A DNA stretch of 64,000 nt. Origin: the human T2T-CHM13v2.0 reference genome, Homo sapiens. The stretch covers positions 11,104,001 to 11,168,000 of the forward strand of contig CP068257.2 in assembly GCA_009914755.4 (NCBI GenBank), written 5' to 3'. Under the pieces are notes generated by a model. The model was not told the origin of the DNA. It ran no database searches and saw nothing but the letters and a program-made list of their open reading frames with translations. A program made the position numbers and the translations under genes. This document shows, in pieces, positions 1 through 11,214 of this stretch (its first letter is position 1; each line of letters begins with the position of its first letter).

Positions 1-282
1 AAAAATAGAGTTTCAAAGCTGCTCTGTAAAAAGAAAGGTTCCACTCTGTTAGCTGAGTACACACATCACAAACTTGTTTCTGAGAAACCTTCTGTCTCGT
101 TTTTATGGGAAGATATTTACTTTTCCACTGTAGGCATCAAAGCGCTCCAAATGTCCACATCCAGATACTCCAGAACGAGTGTTTCAAACCTGCTCTATGA
201 AAGGGAATCTTCAACTCTATGAGTTGAATGCAGAATCAGAAAGAAATTTCTGAGAATGCTGCTGTCTACCTTTTATTTGAAT

Positions 283-299
283 TCCCGCTTCCAACGAAA
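283..299 (-). promoter_or_regulatory. CENP-B box, HOR monomer 2 (intact)
   Basis: + strand TCCCGCTTCCAACGAAA, which is the reverse complement of the 17-bp CENP-B box nTTCGnnnnAnnCGGGn with all essential positions present. Confidence 0.9.
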
Positions 300-624
300 T
301 CCTCCAAGCTATCCAAATATCCACCTGCATTTTCCACAAAAAGAGTGTTTCAAAACTGCTCTATCAATAGAAATGTTCAACTCCTTTGGCTGGGTACACA
401 CATCACAAACAAGTTTCTGAGAATGCTTCTGTCTAGTTTTTATGGGAAGACGTTCCCTTTTTCACCAAAGGCATCAAAGCGCTCCAAATGTCCACTTCCA
501 GACACTACAAAAAGAGTGTTTCAAACGTGCTCTAAGAAAGCGAATGTTCAACTCTGTGACTTGAATGCAGATATCACAAAGTAGTTTCTGAGAGGGCTTC
601 TGTCTAGATTTTAGATGATGATAT

Positions 625-641
625 TCCCGTTTCCAACGAAA
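625..641 (-). promoter_or_regulatory. CENP-B box, monomer 4 (intact)
   Basis: TCCCGTTTCCAACGAAA. Confidence 0.9.
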
Positions 642-962
642 TCATTAGAGCTATCCAAATATCCACTTACAGTTTCTACAAAAAGAGTGTTTCCAAACTG
701 CTGCATCAAAAGAGAGGTTCCACTCTGTTAGCCGAGTACACACATCACAAACTTGTTTCTCAGAATCCTTCTGTCTCGTTTTTATGGGAAGATATTTACT
801 TTTTCACCGTAGGCATCAAAGCGCTCCAAATGTCCACATCCAGATACTCCAGAAAGAGTGTTTCAAACCTGCTCTATGAAAGGGAATCTTCAACTCTATG
901 AGTTGAATGCAGACATCAGAAAGAAATTTCTGAGAATGCTGCTGTCTACCTTTTATTTGAAT

Positions 963-979
963 TCCCGCTTCCAACGAAA
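963..979 (-). promoter_or_regulatory. CENP-B box, monomer 6 (intact)
   Basis: TCCCGCTTCCAACGAAA. Confidence 0.9.
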
Positions 980-1135
980 TCCTCCAAGCTATCCAAATAT
1001 CCACTTGCAGATTCCACAAAAAGAGTGTTTCAAAACTGCTCTCTATCAATGGCAAAGTTCAACTCTGTTAGTTGAGGACACATATCACCAACAAGTTTCT
1101 GAGAATGCTTCTGTCTATTTTTTATGGGAAGATAT

Positions 1136-1152
1136 TTCCTTTTTCACCGTAG
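1136..1152 (+). promoter_or_regulatory. pJalpha motif (exact match to TTCCTTTTYCACCRTAG), monomer 7
   Basis: TTCCTTTTTCACCGTAG lies at the monomer position that holds the CENP-B box in even-numbered monomers. m1, m3, m5 and m9 carry 1-3-mismatch versions ('ttacttttccactgtag', 'ttccctttttcaccaaag', 'ttactttttcaccgtag', 'ttccttttcaccaaag'). Confidence 0.75.
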
Positions 1153-1302
1153 GCGTCAAGGCGATCGAAATGTCCACTTCCACAAACTACAAAAAGAGTG
1201 TTTCAAACCTGCTCTATGAAAGGCCATGTTCATCTCTATGAGTTGAATGGAAATATCCGAAAGAAATTTCTGGGAATGCTGCTGTCTAGTGTTTATACGA
1301 AT

Positions 1303-1319
1303 TCCCGCTTCCAACGAAA
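1303..1319 (-). promoter_or_regulatory. CENP-B box, monomer 8 (intact)
   Basis: TCCCGCTTCCAACGAAA. Confidence 0.9.
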
Positions 1320-1643
1320 TCCTCAAAGCAATCCAAATATCCACTTGCAGAATCCACAAAAAGAGTGTTTCAAAACTGCTCTATCAATAGAAAGGTTCAA
1401 CTCTTTTAGTTGAGTACACACATCACAAACAAGTTTCTGAGAATGCTTCTGTCTGGCTTTTATTGGAAGACGTTTCCTTTTCACCAAAGGCATCAAAGCG
1501 CTCCAAATGTCCACTTCCAGATTCTTCCAAAAGAGTGTTTCAAACGTGGTCGAAGTAAGGGAATGTTCAACTCTGTGACTTGAATGCAGATATCACCAAG
1601 TAGTTTCTAATAGTGCTTCTGTCTACATTTTAGATGATGATAT

Positions 1644-1660
1644 TCCCGTTTCCAACGAAA
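1644..1660 (-). promoter_or_regulatory. CENP-B box, monomer 10 (intact)
   Basis: TCCCGTTTCCAACGAAA. Confidence 0.9.
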
Positions 1661-1814
1661 TCGTTAGAGCTATCCAAATATCCAGTTACAGTTTCTACCA
1701 AAAGGGTGTTTCCAAATTGCTGCATCAAAAGAAAGGTTCAACTCTGTTAGTTGAGGACACACATCACAAAGAAGTTTGTGAGAATGCTTCTGTCTAGATT
1801 TTGTATGACGATAT

Positions 1815-1831
1815 TCCCTTTTCCAACGATA
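1815..1831 (-). promoter_or_regulatory. Degenerate CENP-B box, monomer 11 (predicted non-binding)
   Basis: TCCCTTTTCCAACGATA. Both essential blocks are hit (CCCG->CCCT and CGAA->CGAT). This form is conserved in all 36 units. Confidence 0.8.
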
Positions 1832-1869
1832 TCGTTAAAGCAATCTAAATATCAATTTGCAGAATCCAC

Positions 1870-3738
1870 AAAAATAGAGTTTCAAAGCTGCTCTGTAAAA
1901 AGAAAGGTTCCACTCTGTTAGCTGAGTACACACATCACAAACTTGTTTCTGAGAAACCTTCTGTCTCGTTTTTATGGGAAGATATTTACTTTTCCACTGT
2001 AGGCATCAAAGCGCTCCAAATGTCCACATCCAGATACTCCAGAACGAGTGTTTCAAACCTGCTCTATGAAAGGGAATCTTCAACTCTATGAGTTGAATGC
2101 AGAATCAGAAAGAAATTTCTGAGAATGCTGCTGTCTACCTTTTATTTGAATTCCCGCTTCCAACGAAATCCTCCAAGCTATCCAAATATCCACCTGCATT
2201 TTCCACAAAAAGAGTGTTTCAAAACTGCTCTATCAATAGAAATGTTCAACTCCTTTGGCTGGGTACACACATCACAAACAAGTTTCTGAGAATGCTTCTG
2301 TCTAGTTTTTATGGGAAGACGTTCCCTTTTTCACCAAAGGCATCAAAGCGCTCCAAATGTCCACTTCCAGACACTACAAAAAGAGTGTTTCAAACGTGCT
2401 CTAAGAAAGCGAATGTTCAACTCTGTGACTTGAATGCAGATATCACAAAGTAGTTTCTGAGAGGGCTTCTGTCTAGATTTTAGATGATGATATTCCCGTT
2501 TCCAACGAAATCATTAGAGCTATCCAAATATCCACTTACAGTTTCTACAAAAAGAGTGTTTCCAAACTGCTGCATCAAAAGAGAGGTTCCACTCTGTTAG
2601 CCGAGTACACACATCACAAACTTGTTTCTCAGAATCCTTCTGTCTCGTTTTTATGGGAAGATATTTACTTTTTCACCGTAGGCATCAAAGCGCTCCAAAT
2701 GTCCACATCCAGATACTCCAGAAAGAGTGTTTCAAACCTGCTCTATGAAAGGGAATCTTCAACTCTATGAGTTGAATGCAGACATCAGAAAGAAATTTCT
2801 GAGAATGCTGCTGTCTACCTTTTATTTGAATTCCCGCTTCCAACGAAATCCTCCAAGCTATCCAAATATCCACTTGCAGATTCCACAAAAAGAGTGTTTC
2901 AAAACTGCTCTCTATCAATGGCAAAGTTCAACTCTGTTAGTTGAGGACACATATCACCAACAAGTTTCTGAGAATGCTTCTGTCTATTTTTTATGGGAAG
3001 ATATTTCCTTTTTCACCGTAGGCGTCAAGGCGATCGAAATGTCCACTTCCACAAACTACAAAAAGAGTGTTTCAAACCTGCTCTATGAAAGGCCATGTTC
3101 ATCTCTATGAGTTGAATGGAAATATCCGAAAGAAATTTCTGGGAATGCTGCTGTCTAGTTTTTATATGAATTCCGGCTTCCAACGAAATCCTCAAAGCAA
3201 TCCAAATATCCACTTGCAGAATCCACAAAAAGAGTGTTTCAAAACTGCTCTATCAATAGAAAGGTTCAACTCTTTTAGTTGAGTACACACATCACAAACA
3301 AGTTTCTGAGAATGCTTCTGTCTGGCTTTTATTGGAAGACGTTTCCTTTTCACCAAAGGCATCAAAGCGCTCCAAATGTCCACTTCCAGATTCTTCCAAA
3401 AGAGTGTTTCAAACGTGCTCGAAGTAAGGGAATGTTCTACTCTGTGACTTGAATGCAGATATCACCAAGTAGTTTCTAATAGTGCTTCTGTCTAGATTTT
3501 AGATGATGATATTCCCGTTTCCAACGAAATCGCTAGAGCTATCCAAATATCCAGTTACAGTTTCTACCAAAAGGGTGTTTCCAAATTGCTGCATCAAAAG
3601 AAAGGTTCAACTCTGTTAGTTGAGGACACACATCACAAAGAAGTTTGTGAGAATGCTTCTGTCTAGATTTTGTATGACGATATTCCCTTTTCCAACGATA
3701 TCGTTAAAGCAATCTAAATATCAATTTGCAGAATCCAC
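1870..3738 (-). repeat. HOR unit 2 (11-mer, 1869 bp), near-identical to unit 1
   Basis: Same anchor 1869 bp downstream. Shares the 'gcagaatcag' and 'gccgag' markers. The m8 CENP-B box is mutated CCCG->CCGG at 3175. Confidence 0.9.
3172..3188 (-). promoter_or_regulatory. Mutated CENP-B box (CCCG->CCGG), unit 2 monomer 8
   Basis: TCCGGCTTCCAACGAAA. Private to unit 2; the EcoRI site GAATTC just upstream is retained. Confidence 0.8.
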
Positions 3739-5607
3739 AAAAATAGAGTTTCAAAGCTGCTCTGTAAAAAGAAAGGTTCCACTCTGTTAGCTGAGTACAC
3801 ACATCACAAACTTGTTTCTCAGAATCCTTCTGTCTCGTTTTTATGGGAAGATACTTACTTTTCCACCGTAGGCATCAAAGCGCTCCAAATGTCCACATCC
3901 AGATACTCCAGAACGAGTGTTTCAAACCTGCTCTATGAAAGGGAATCTTCAACTCTATGAGTTGAATGCAGACATCAGAAAGAAATTTCTGAGAATGCTG
4001 CTGTCTACCTTTTATTTGAATTCCCGCTTCCAACGAAATCCTCCAAGCTATCCAAATATCCACCTGCATTTTCCACAACAAGAGTGTTTCAAAACTGCTC
4101 TATCAATAGAAATGTTCAACTCCTTTGGCTGGGTACACACATCACAAACAAGTTTCTGAGAATGCTTCTGTCTAGTTTTTATGGGAAGACGTTCCCTTTT
4201 TCACCAAAGGCATCAAAGCGCTCCAAATGTCCACTTCCAGACACTACAAAAAGAGTGTTTCCAACGTGCTCTAAGAAAGCGAATGTTCAACTCTGTGACT
4301 TGAATGCAGATATCACAAAGTAGTTTCTGAGAGGGCTTCTGTCTAGATTTTAGATGATGATATTCCCGTTTCCAACAAAATCATTAGAGCTTCCAAATAT
4401 CCACTTACAGTTTCTACAAAAAGAGTGTTTCCAAACTGCTGCATCAAAAGAGAGGTTCCACTCTGTTAGCTGAGTACACACATCACAAACTTGTTTCTCA
4501 GAATCCTTCTGTCTCGTTTTTATGGGAAGATATTTACTTTTTCACCGTAGGCATCAAAGCGCTCCAAATGTCCACATCCAGATACTCCAGAAAGAGTGTT
4601 TCAAACCTGCTCTATGAAAGGGAATCTTCAACTCTATGAGTTGAATGCAGACATCAGAAAGAAATTTCTGAGAATGCTGCTGTCTACCTTTTATTTGAAT
4701 TCCCGCTTCCAACGAAATCCTCCAAGCTATCCAAATATCCACTTGCAGATTCCACAAAAAGAGTGTTTCAAAACTGCTCTCTATCAATGGCAAAGTTCAA
4801 CTCTGTTAGTTGAGGACACATATCACCAACAAGTTTCTGAGAATGCTTCTGTCTATTTTTTATGGGAAGATATTTCCTTTTTCACCGTAGGCGTCAAGGC
4901 GATCGAAATGTCCACTTCCACAAACTACAAAAAGAGTGTTTCAAACCTGCTCTATGAAAGGCCATGTTCATCTCTATGAGTTGAATGGAAATATCCGAAA
5001 GAAATTTCTGGGAATGCTGCTGTCTAGTGTTTATACGAATTCCCGCTTCCAACGAAATCCTCAAAGCAATCCAAATATCCACTTGCAGAATCCACAAAAA
5101 GAGTGTTTCAAAACTGCTCTATCAATAGAAAGGTTCAACTCTTTTAGTTGAGTACACACATCACGAACAAGTTTCTGAGAATGCTTCTGTCTGGCTTTTA
5201 TTGGAAGACGTTTCCTTTTCACCAAAGGCATCAAAGCGCTCCAAATGTCCACTTCCAGATTCTTCCAAAAGAGTGTTTCAAACGTGCTCAAAGTAAGGGA
5301 ATGTTCAACTCTGTGACTTGAATGCAGATATCACCAAGTAGTTTCTAATAGTGCTTCTGTCTAGATTTTAGATGATGATATTCCCGTTTCCAACGAAATC
5401 GTTAGAGCTATCCAAATATCCAGTTACAGTTTCTACCAAAAGGGTGTTTCCAAATTGCTGCATCAAAAGAAAGGTTCAACTCTGTTAGTTGAGGACACAC
5501 ATCACAAAGAAGTTTGTGAGAATGCTTCTGTCTAGATTTTGTATGACGATATTCCCTTTTCCAACGATATCGTTAAAGCAATCTAAATATCAATTTGCAG
5601 AATCCAC
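3739..5607 (-). repeat. HOR unit 3 (11-mer, 1869 bp)
   Basis: Anchor at 3739. m4 box CGAA->CAAA (4364-4380, 'agagcttccaaat' variant). m3 'gtttccaacgtgctc' variant. Confidence 0.9.
4364..4380 (-). promoter_or_regulatory. Mutated CENP-B box (CGAA->CAAA), monomer 4 of the B-type haplotype
   Basis: TCCCGTTTCCAACAAAA. The same lesion is present in units 3, 5, 11, 13, 15, 19, 23, 26 and 30. Confidence 0.8.
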
Positions 5608-7477
5608 AAAAATAGAGTTTCAAAGCTGCTCTGTAAAAAGAAAGGTTCCACTCTGTTAGCTGAGTACACACATCACAAACTTGTTTCTGAGAATCCTTCT
5701 GTCTCGTTTTTATGGGAAGATATTTACTTTTCCACCGTAGGCATCAAAGCGCTCCAAATGTCCACATCCAGATACTCCAGAACGAGTGTTTCAAACCTGC
5801 TCTATGAAAGGGAATCTTCAACTCTATGAGTTGAATGCAGACATCAGAAAGAAATTTCTGAGAATGCTGCTGTCTACCTTTTATTTGAATTCCCGCTTCC
5901 AACGAAATCCTCCAAGCTATCCAAATATCCACTTGCATTTTCCACAACAAGAGTGTTTCAAAACTGCTCTATCAATAGAAATGTTCAACTCCTTTGGCTG
6001 GGTACACACATCACAAACAAGTTTCTGAGAATGCTTCTGTCTAGTTTTTATGGGAAGACATTCCCTTTTTCACCAAAGGCATCAAAGCGCTCCAAATGTC
6101 CACTTCCAGACACTACAAAAAGAGTGTTTCAAACGTGCTCTAAGAAAGCGAATGTTCAACTCTGTGACTTGAATGCAGATATCACAAAGTAGTTTCTGAG
6201 AGTGCTTCTGTCTAGATTTTAGATGATGATATTCCCGTTTCCAAAGAAATCATTAGAGCTATCCAAATATCCACTTACAGTTTCTACAAAAAGAGTGTTT
6301 CCAAACTGCTGCATCAAAAGAGAGGTTCCACTCTGTTAGCTGAGTACACACATCACAAACTTGTTTCTCAGAATCCTTCTGTCTCGTTTTTATGGGAAGA
6401 TATTTACTTTTTCACCGTAGGCATCAAAGCGCTCCAAATGTCCACATCCAGATACTCCAGAAAGAGTGTTTCAAACCTGCTCTATGAAAGGGAATCTTCA
6501 ACTCTATGAGTTGAATGCAGACATCAGAAAGAAATTTCTGAGAATGCTGCTGTCTACCTTTTATTTGAATTCCCGCTTCCAACGAAATCCTCCAAGCTAT
6601 CCAAATATCCACTTGCAGATTCCACAAAAAGAGTGTTTCAAAACTGCTCTCTATCAATGGCAAAGTTCAACTCTGTTAGTTGAGGACACATATCACCAAC
6701 AAGTTTCTGAGAATGCTTCTGTCTATTTTTTATGGGAAGATATTTCCTTTTTCACCGTAGGCGTCAAGGCAATCGAAATGTCCACTTCCGCAAACTACAA
6801 AAAGAGTGTTTCAAACCTGCTCTATGAAAGGCCATGTTCATCTCTATGAGTTGAATGGAAATATCCGAAAGAAATTTCTGGGAATGCTGCTGTCTAGTTT
6901 TTATATGAATTCCCGCTTCCAACGAAATCCTCAAAGCAATCCAAATATCCACTTGCAGAATCCACAAAAAGAGTGTTTCAAAACTGCTCTATCAATAGAA
7001 AGGTTCAACTCTTTTAGTTGAGTACACACATCACAAACAAGTTTCTGAGAATGCTTCTGTCTGGCTTTTATTGGAAGACGTTTCCTTTTCACCAAAGGCA
7101 TCAAAGCGCTCCAAATGTCCACTTCCAGATTCTTCCAAAAGAGTGTTTCAAACGTGGTCGAAGTAAGGGAATGTTCAACTCTGTGACTTGAATGCAGATA
7201 TCACCAAGTAGTTTCTAATAGTGCTTCTGTCTAGATTTTAGATGATGATATTCCCGTTTCCAACGAAATCGTTAGAGCTATCCAAATATCCAGTTACAGT
7301 TTCTACCAAAAGGGTGTTTCCAAATTGCTGCATCAAAAGAAAGGTTCAACTCTGTTAGTTGAGGACACACATCACAAAGAAGTTTGTGAGAATGCTTCTG
7401 TCTAGATTTTGTATGACGATATTCCCTTTTCCAACGATATCGTTAAAGCAATCTAAATATCAATTTGCAGAATCCAC
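5608..7477 (-). repeat. HOR unit 4 (11-mer, 1870 bp)
   Basis: Anchor at 5608. m4 box CGAA->AGAA (6233-6249). m10 'cgtggtcgaag' as in unit 1. Confidence 0.9.
6233..6249 (-). promoter_or_regulatory. Mutated CENP-B box (CGAA->AGAA), unit 4 monomer 4
   Basis: TCCCGTTTCCAAAGAAA. Confidence 0.8.
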
Positions 7478-9344
7478 AAAAATAGAGTTTCAAAGCTGCT
7501 CTGTAAAAAGAAAGGTTCCACTCTGTTAGCTGAGTACACACATCACAAACTTGTTTCTGAGAAACCTTCTGTCTCGTTTTTATGGGAAGATATTTACTTT
7601 TCCACTGTAGGCATCAAAGCGCTCCAAATGTCCACATCCAGATACTCCAGAACGAGTGTTTCAAACCTGCTCTATGAAAGGGAATCTTCAACTCTATGAG
7701 TTGAATGCAGAATCAGAAAGAAATTTCTGAGAATGCTGCTGTCTACCTTTTATTTGAATTCCCGCTTCCAACGAAATCCTCCAAGCTATCCAAATATCCA
7801 CCTGCATTTTCCACAACAAGAGTGTTTCAAAACTGCTCTATCAATAGAAATGTTCAACTCCTTTGGCTGGGTACACACATCACAAACAAGTTTCTGAGAA
7901 TGCTTCTGTCTAGTTTTTATGGGAAGACGTTCCCTTTTTCACCAAAGGCATCAAAGCGCTCCAAATGTCCACTTCCAGACACTACAAAAAGAGTGTTTCA
8001 AACGTGCTCTAAGAAAGCGAATGTTCAACTCTGTGACTTGAATGCACATATCACAAAGTAGTTTCTGAGAGGGCTTCTGTCTAGATTTTAGATGATGATA
8101 TTCCCGTTTCCAACAAAATCATTAGAGCTTCCAAATATCCACTTACAGTTTCTACAAAAAGAGTGTTTCCAAACTGCTGCATCAAAAGAGAGGTTCCACT
8201 CTGTTAGCTGAGTACACACATCACAAACTTGTTTCTCAGAATCCTTCTGTCTCGTTTTTATGGGAAGATTATACTTTTTCACCGTAGGCATCAAAGCGCT
8301 CCAAATGTCCACATCCAGATACTCCAGAAAGAGTGTTTCAAACCTGCTCTATGAAAGGGAATCTTCAACTCTATGAGTTGAATGCAGACATCAGAAAGAA
8401 ATTTCTGAGAATGCTGCTGTCTACCTTTTATTTGAATTCCCGCTTCCAACGAAATCCTCCAAGCTATCCAAATATCCACTTGCAGATTCCACAAAAAGAG
8501 TGTTTCAAAACTGCTCTCTATCAATGGCAAAGTTCAACTCTGTTAGTTGAGGACACATATCACCAACAAGTTTCTGAGAATGCTTCTGTCTATTTTTTAT
8601 GGGAAGATATTTCCTTTTTCACCGTAGGCGTCAAGGCGATCGAAATGTCCACTTCCACAAACTACAAAAAGAGTGTTTCAAACCTGCTCTATGAAAGGCC
8701 ATGTTCATCTCTATGAGTTGAATGGAAATATCCGAAAGAAATTTCTGGGAATGCTGCTGTCTAGTGTTTATACGAATTCCCGCTTCCAACGAAATCCTCA
8801 AAGCAATCCAAATATCCACTTGCAGAATCCACAAAAAGAGTGTTTCAAAACTGCTCTATCAATAGAAAGGTTCAACTCTTTTAGTTGAGTACACACATCA
8901 CGAACAAGTTTCTGAGAATGCTTCTGTCTGGCTTTTATTGGAAGACGTTTCCTTTTCACCAAAGGCATCAAAGCGCTCCAAATGTCCACTTCCAGATTCT
9001 TCCAAAAGAGTGTTTCAAACGTGCTCAAAGTAAGGGAATGTTCAACTCTGTGACTTGAATGCAGATATCACCAAGTAGTTTCTAATAGTGCTTCTGTCTA
9101 CATTTTAGATGATGATATTCCCGTTTCCAACGAAATCGTTAGAGCTATCCAAATATCCAGTTACAGTTTCTACCAAAAGGGTGTTTCCAAATTGCTGCAT
9201 CAAAAGAAAGGTTCAACTCTGTTAGTTGAGGACACACATCACAAAGAAGTTTGTGAGAATGCTTCTGTCTAGATTTTGTATGACGATATTCCCTTTTCCA
9301 ACGATATCGTTAAAGCAATCTAAATATCAATTTGCAGAATCCAC
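7478..9344 (-). repeat. HOR unit 5 (11-mer, 1867 bp; B1-like haplotype)
   Basis: Anchor at 7478. 'gcacatatc' (AHITK) marker. m4 box CGAA->CAAA (8102-8118). Indel 'gggaagattatac' at 8262-8274. m2 1-bp deletion 'gcagaatcag' shared with units 1-2. Confidence 0.9.
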
Positions 9345-11214
9345 AAAAATAGAGTTTCAAAGCTGCTCTGTAAAAAGAAAGGTTCCACTCTGTTAGCTGA
9401 GTACACACATCACAAACTTGTTTCTGAGAATCCTTCTGTCTCGTTTTTATGGGAAGATATTTACTTTTCCACCGTAGGCATCAAAGCGCTCCAAATGTCC
9501 ACATCCAGATACTCCAGAACGAGTGTTTCAAACCTGCTCTATGAAAGGGAATCTTCAACTCTATGAGTTGAATGCAGACATCAGAAAGAAATTTCTGAGA
9601 ATGCTGCTGTCTACCTTTTATTTGAATTCCCGCTTCCAACGAAATCCTCCAAGCTATCCAAATATCCACCTGCATTTTCCACAACAAGAGTGTTTCAAAC
9701 CTGCTCTATCAATAGAAATGTTCAACTCCTTTGGCTGGGTACACACATCACAAACAAGTTTCTGAGAATGCTTCTGTCTAGTTTTTATGGGAAGACGTTC
9801 CCTTTTTCACCAAAGGCATCAAAGCGCTCCAAATGTCCACTTCCAGACACTACAAAAAGAGTGTTTCAAACGTGCTCTAAGAAAGCGAATGTTCAACTCT
9901 GTGACTTGAATGCAGATATCACAAAGTAGTTTCTGAGAGGGCTTCTGTCTAGATTTTAGATGATGATATTCCCGTTTCCAACGAAATCATTAGAGCTATC
10001 CAAATATCCACTTACAGTTTCTACAAAAAGAGTGTTTCCAAACTGCTGCATCAAAAGAGAGGTTCCACTCTGTTAGCTGAGTACACACATCACAAACTTG
10101 TTTCTCAGAATCCTTCTGTCTCGTTTTTATGGGAAGATATTTACTTTTTCACCGTAGGCATCAAAGCGCTCCAAATGTCCACATCCAGATACTCCAGAAA
10201 GAGTGTTTCAAACCTGCTCTATGAAAGGGAATCTTCAACTCTATGAGTTGAATGCAGACATCAGAAAGAAATTTCTGAGAATGCTGCTGTCTACCTTTTA
10301 TTTGAATTCCCGCTTCCAACGAAATCCTCCAAGCTATCCAAATATCCACTTGCAGATTCCACAAAAAGAGTGTTTCAAAACTGCTCTCTATCAATGGCAA
10401 AGTTCAACTCTGTTAGTTGAGGACACATATCACCAACAAGTTTCTGAGAATGCTTCTGTCTATTTTTTATGGGAAGATATTTCCTTTTTCACCGTAGGCG
10501 TCAAGGCGATCGAAATGTCCACTTCCACAAACTACAAAAAGAGTGTTTCAAACCTGCTCTATGAAAGGCCATGTTCATCTCTATGAGTTGAATGGAAATA
10601 TCCGAAAGAAATTTCTGGGAATGCTGCTGTCTAGTGTTTATACGAATTCCCGCTTCCAACGAAATCCTCAAAGCAATCCAAATATCCACTTGCAGAATCC
10701 ACAAAAAGAGTGTTTCAAAACTGCTCTATCAATAGAAAGGTTCAACTCTTTTAGTTGAGTACACACATCACGAACAAGTTTCTGAGAATGCTTCTGTCTG
10801 GCTTTTATTGGAAGACGTTTCCTTTTCACCAAAGGCATCAAAGCGCTCCAAATGTCCACTTCCAGATTCTTCCAAAAGAGTGTTTCAAACGTGCTCAAAG
10901 TAAGGGAATGTTCAACTCTGTGACTTGAATGCAGATATCACCAAGTAGTTTCTAATAGTGCTTCTGTCTACATTTTAGATGATGATATTCCCGTTTCCAA
11001 CGAAATCGTTAGAGCTATCCAAATATCCAGTTACAGTTTCTACCAAAAGGGTGTTTCCAAATTGCTGCATCAAAAGAAAGGTTCAACTCTGTTAGTTGAG
11101 GACACACATCACAAAGAAGTTTGTGAGAATGCTTCTGTCTAGATTTTGTATGACGATATTCCCTTTTCCAACGATATCGTTAAAGCAATCTAAATATCAA
11201 TTTGCAGAATCCAC
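9345..11214 (-). repeat. HOR unit 6 (11-mer, 1870 bp)
   Basis: Anchor at 9345. m3 'caaacctgctctatcaatag' variant (9701-9720). Five intact boxes. Confidence 0.9.

Larger units (their letters stand above)
1..1869 (-). repeat. HOR unit 1 (11-mer, 1869 bp)
   Basis: Phase anchored on 'aaaaatagagtttcaaagctgctctg'. m2 carries a 1-bp deletion ('gcagaatcag') that creates the 118-aa ORF. m5 reads 'gccgag'. m10 starts 'cgtggtcgaagtaagg'. Five intact CENP-B boxes. Confidence 0.9.

Noticed and set aside
1-3738. Units 1 and 2 as a special 118-aa ORF-bearing duplication
   Set aside because: The 118-aa ORF comes from a 1-bp deletion ('gcagaatcag' instead of 'gcagacatcag') in m2 that shifts the frame. It is a shared haplotype marker, also present in unit 5 at 7705, and not evidence of coding potential.
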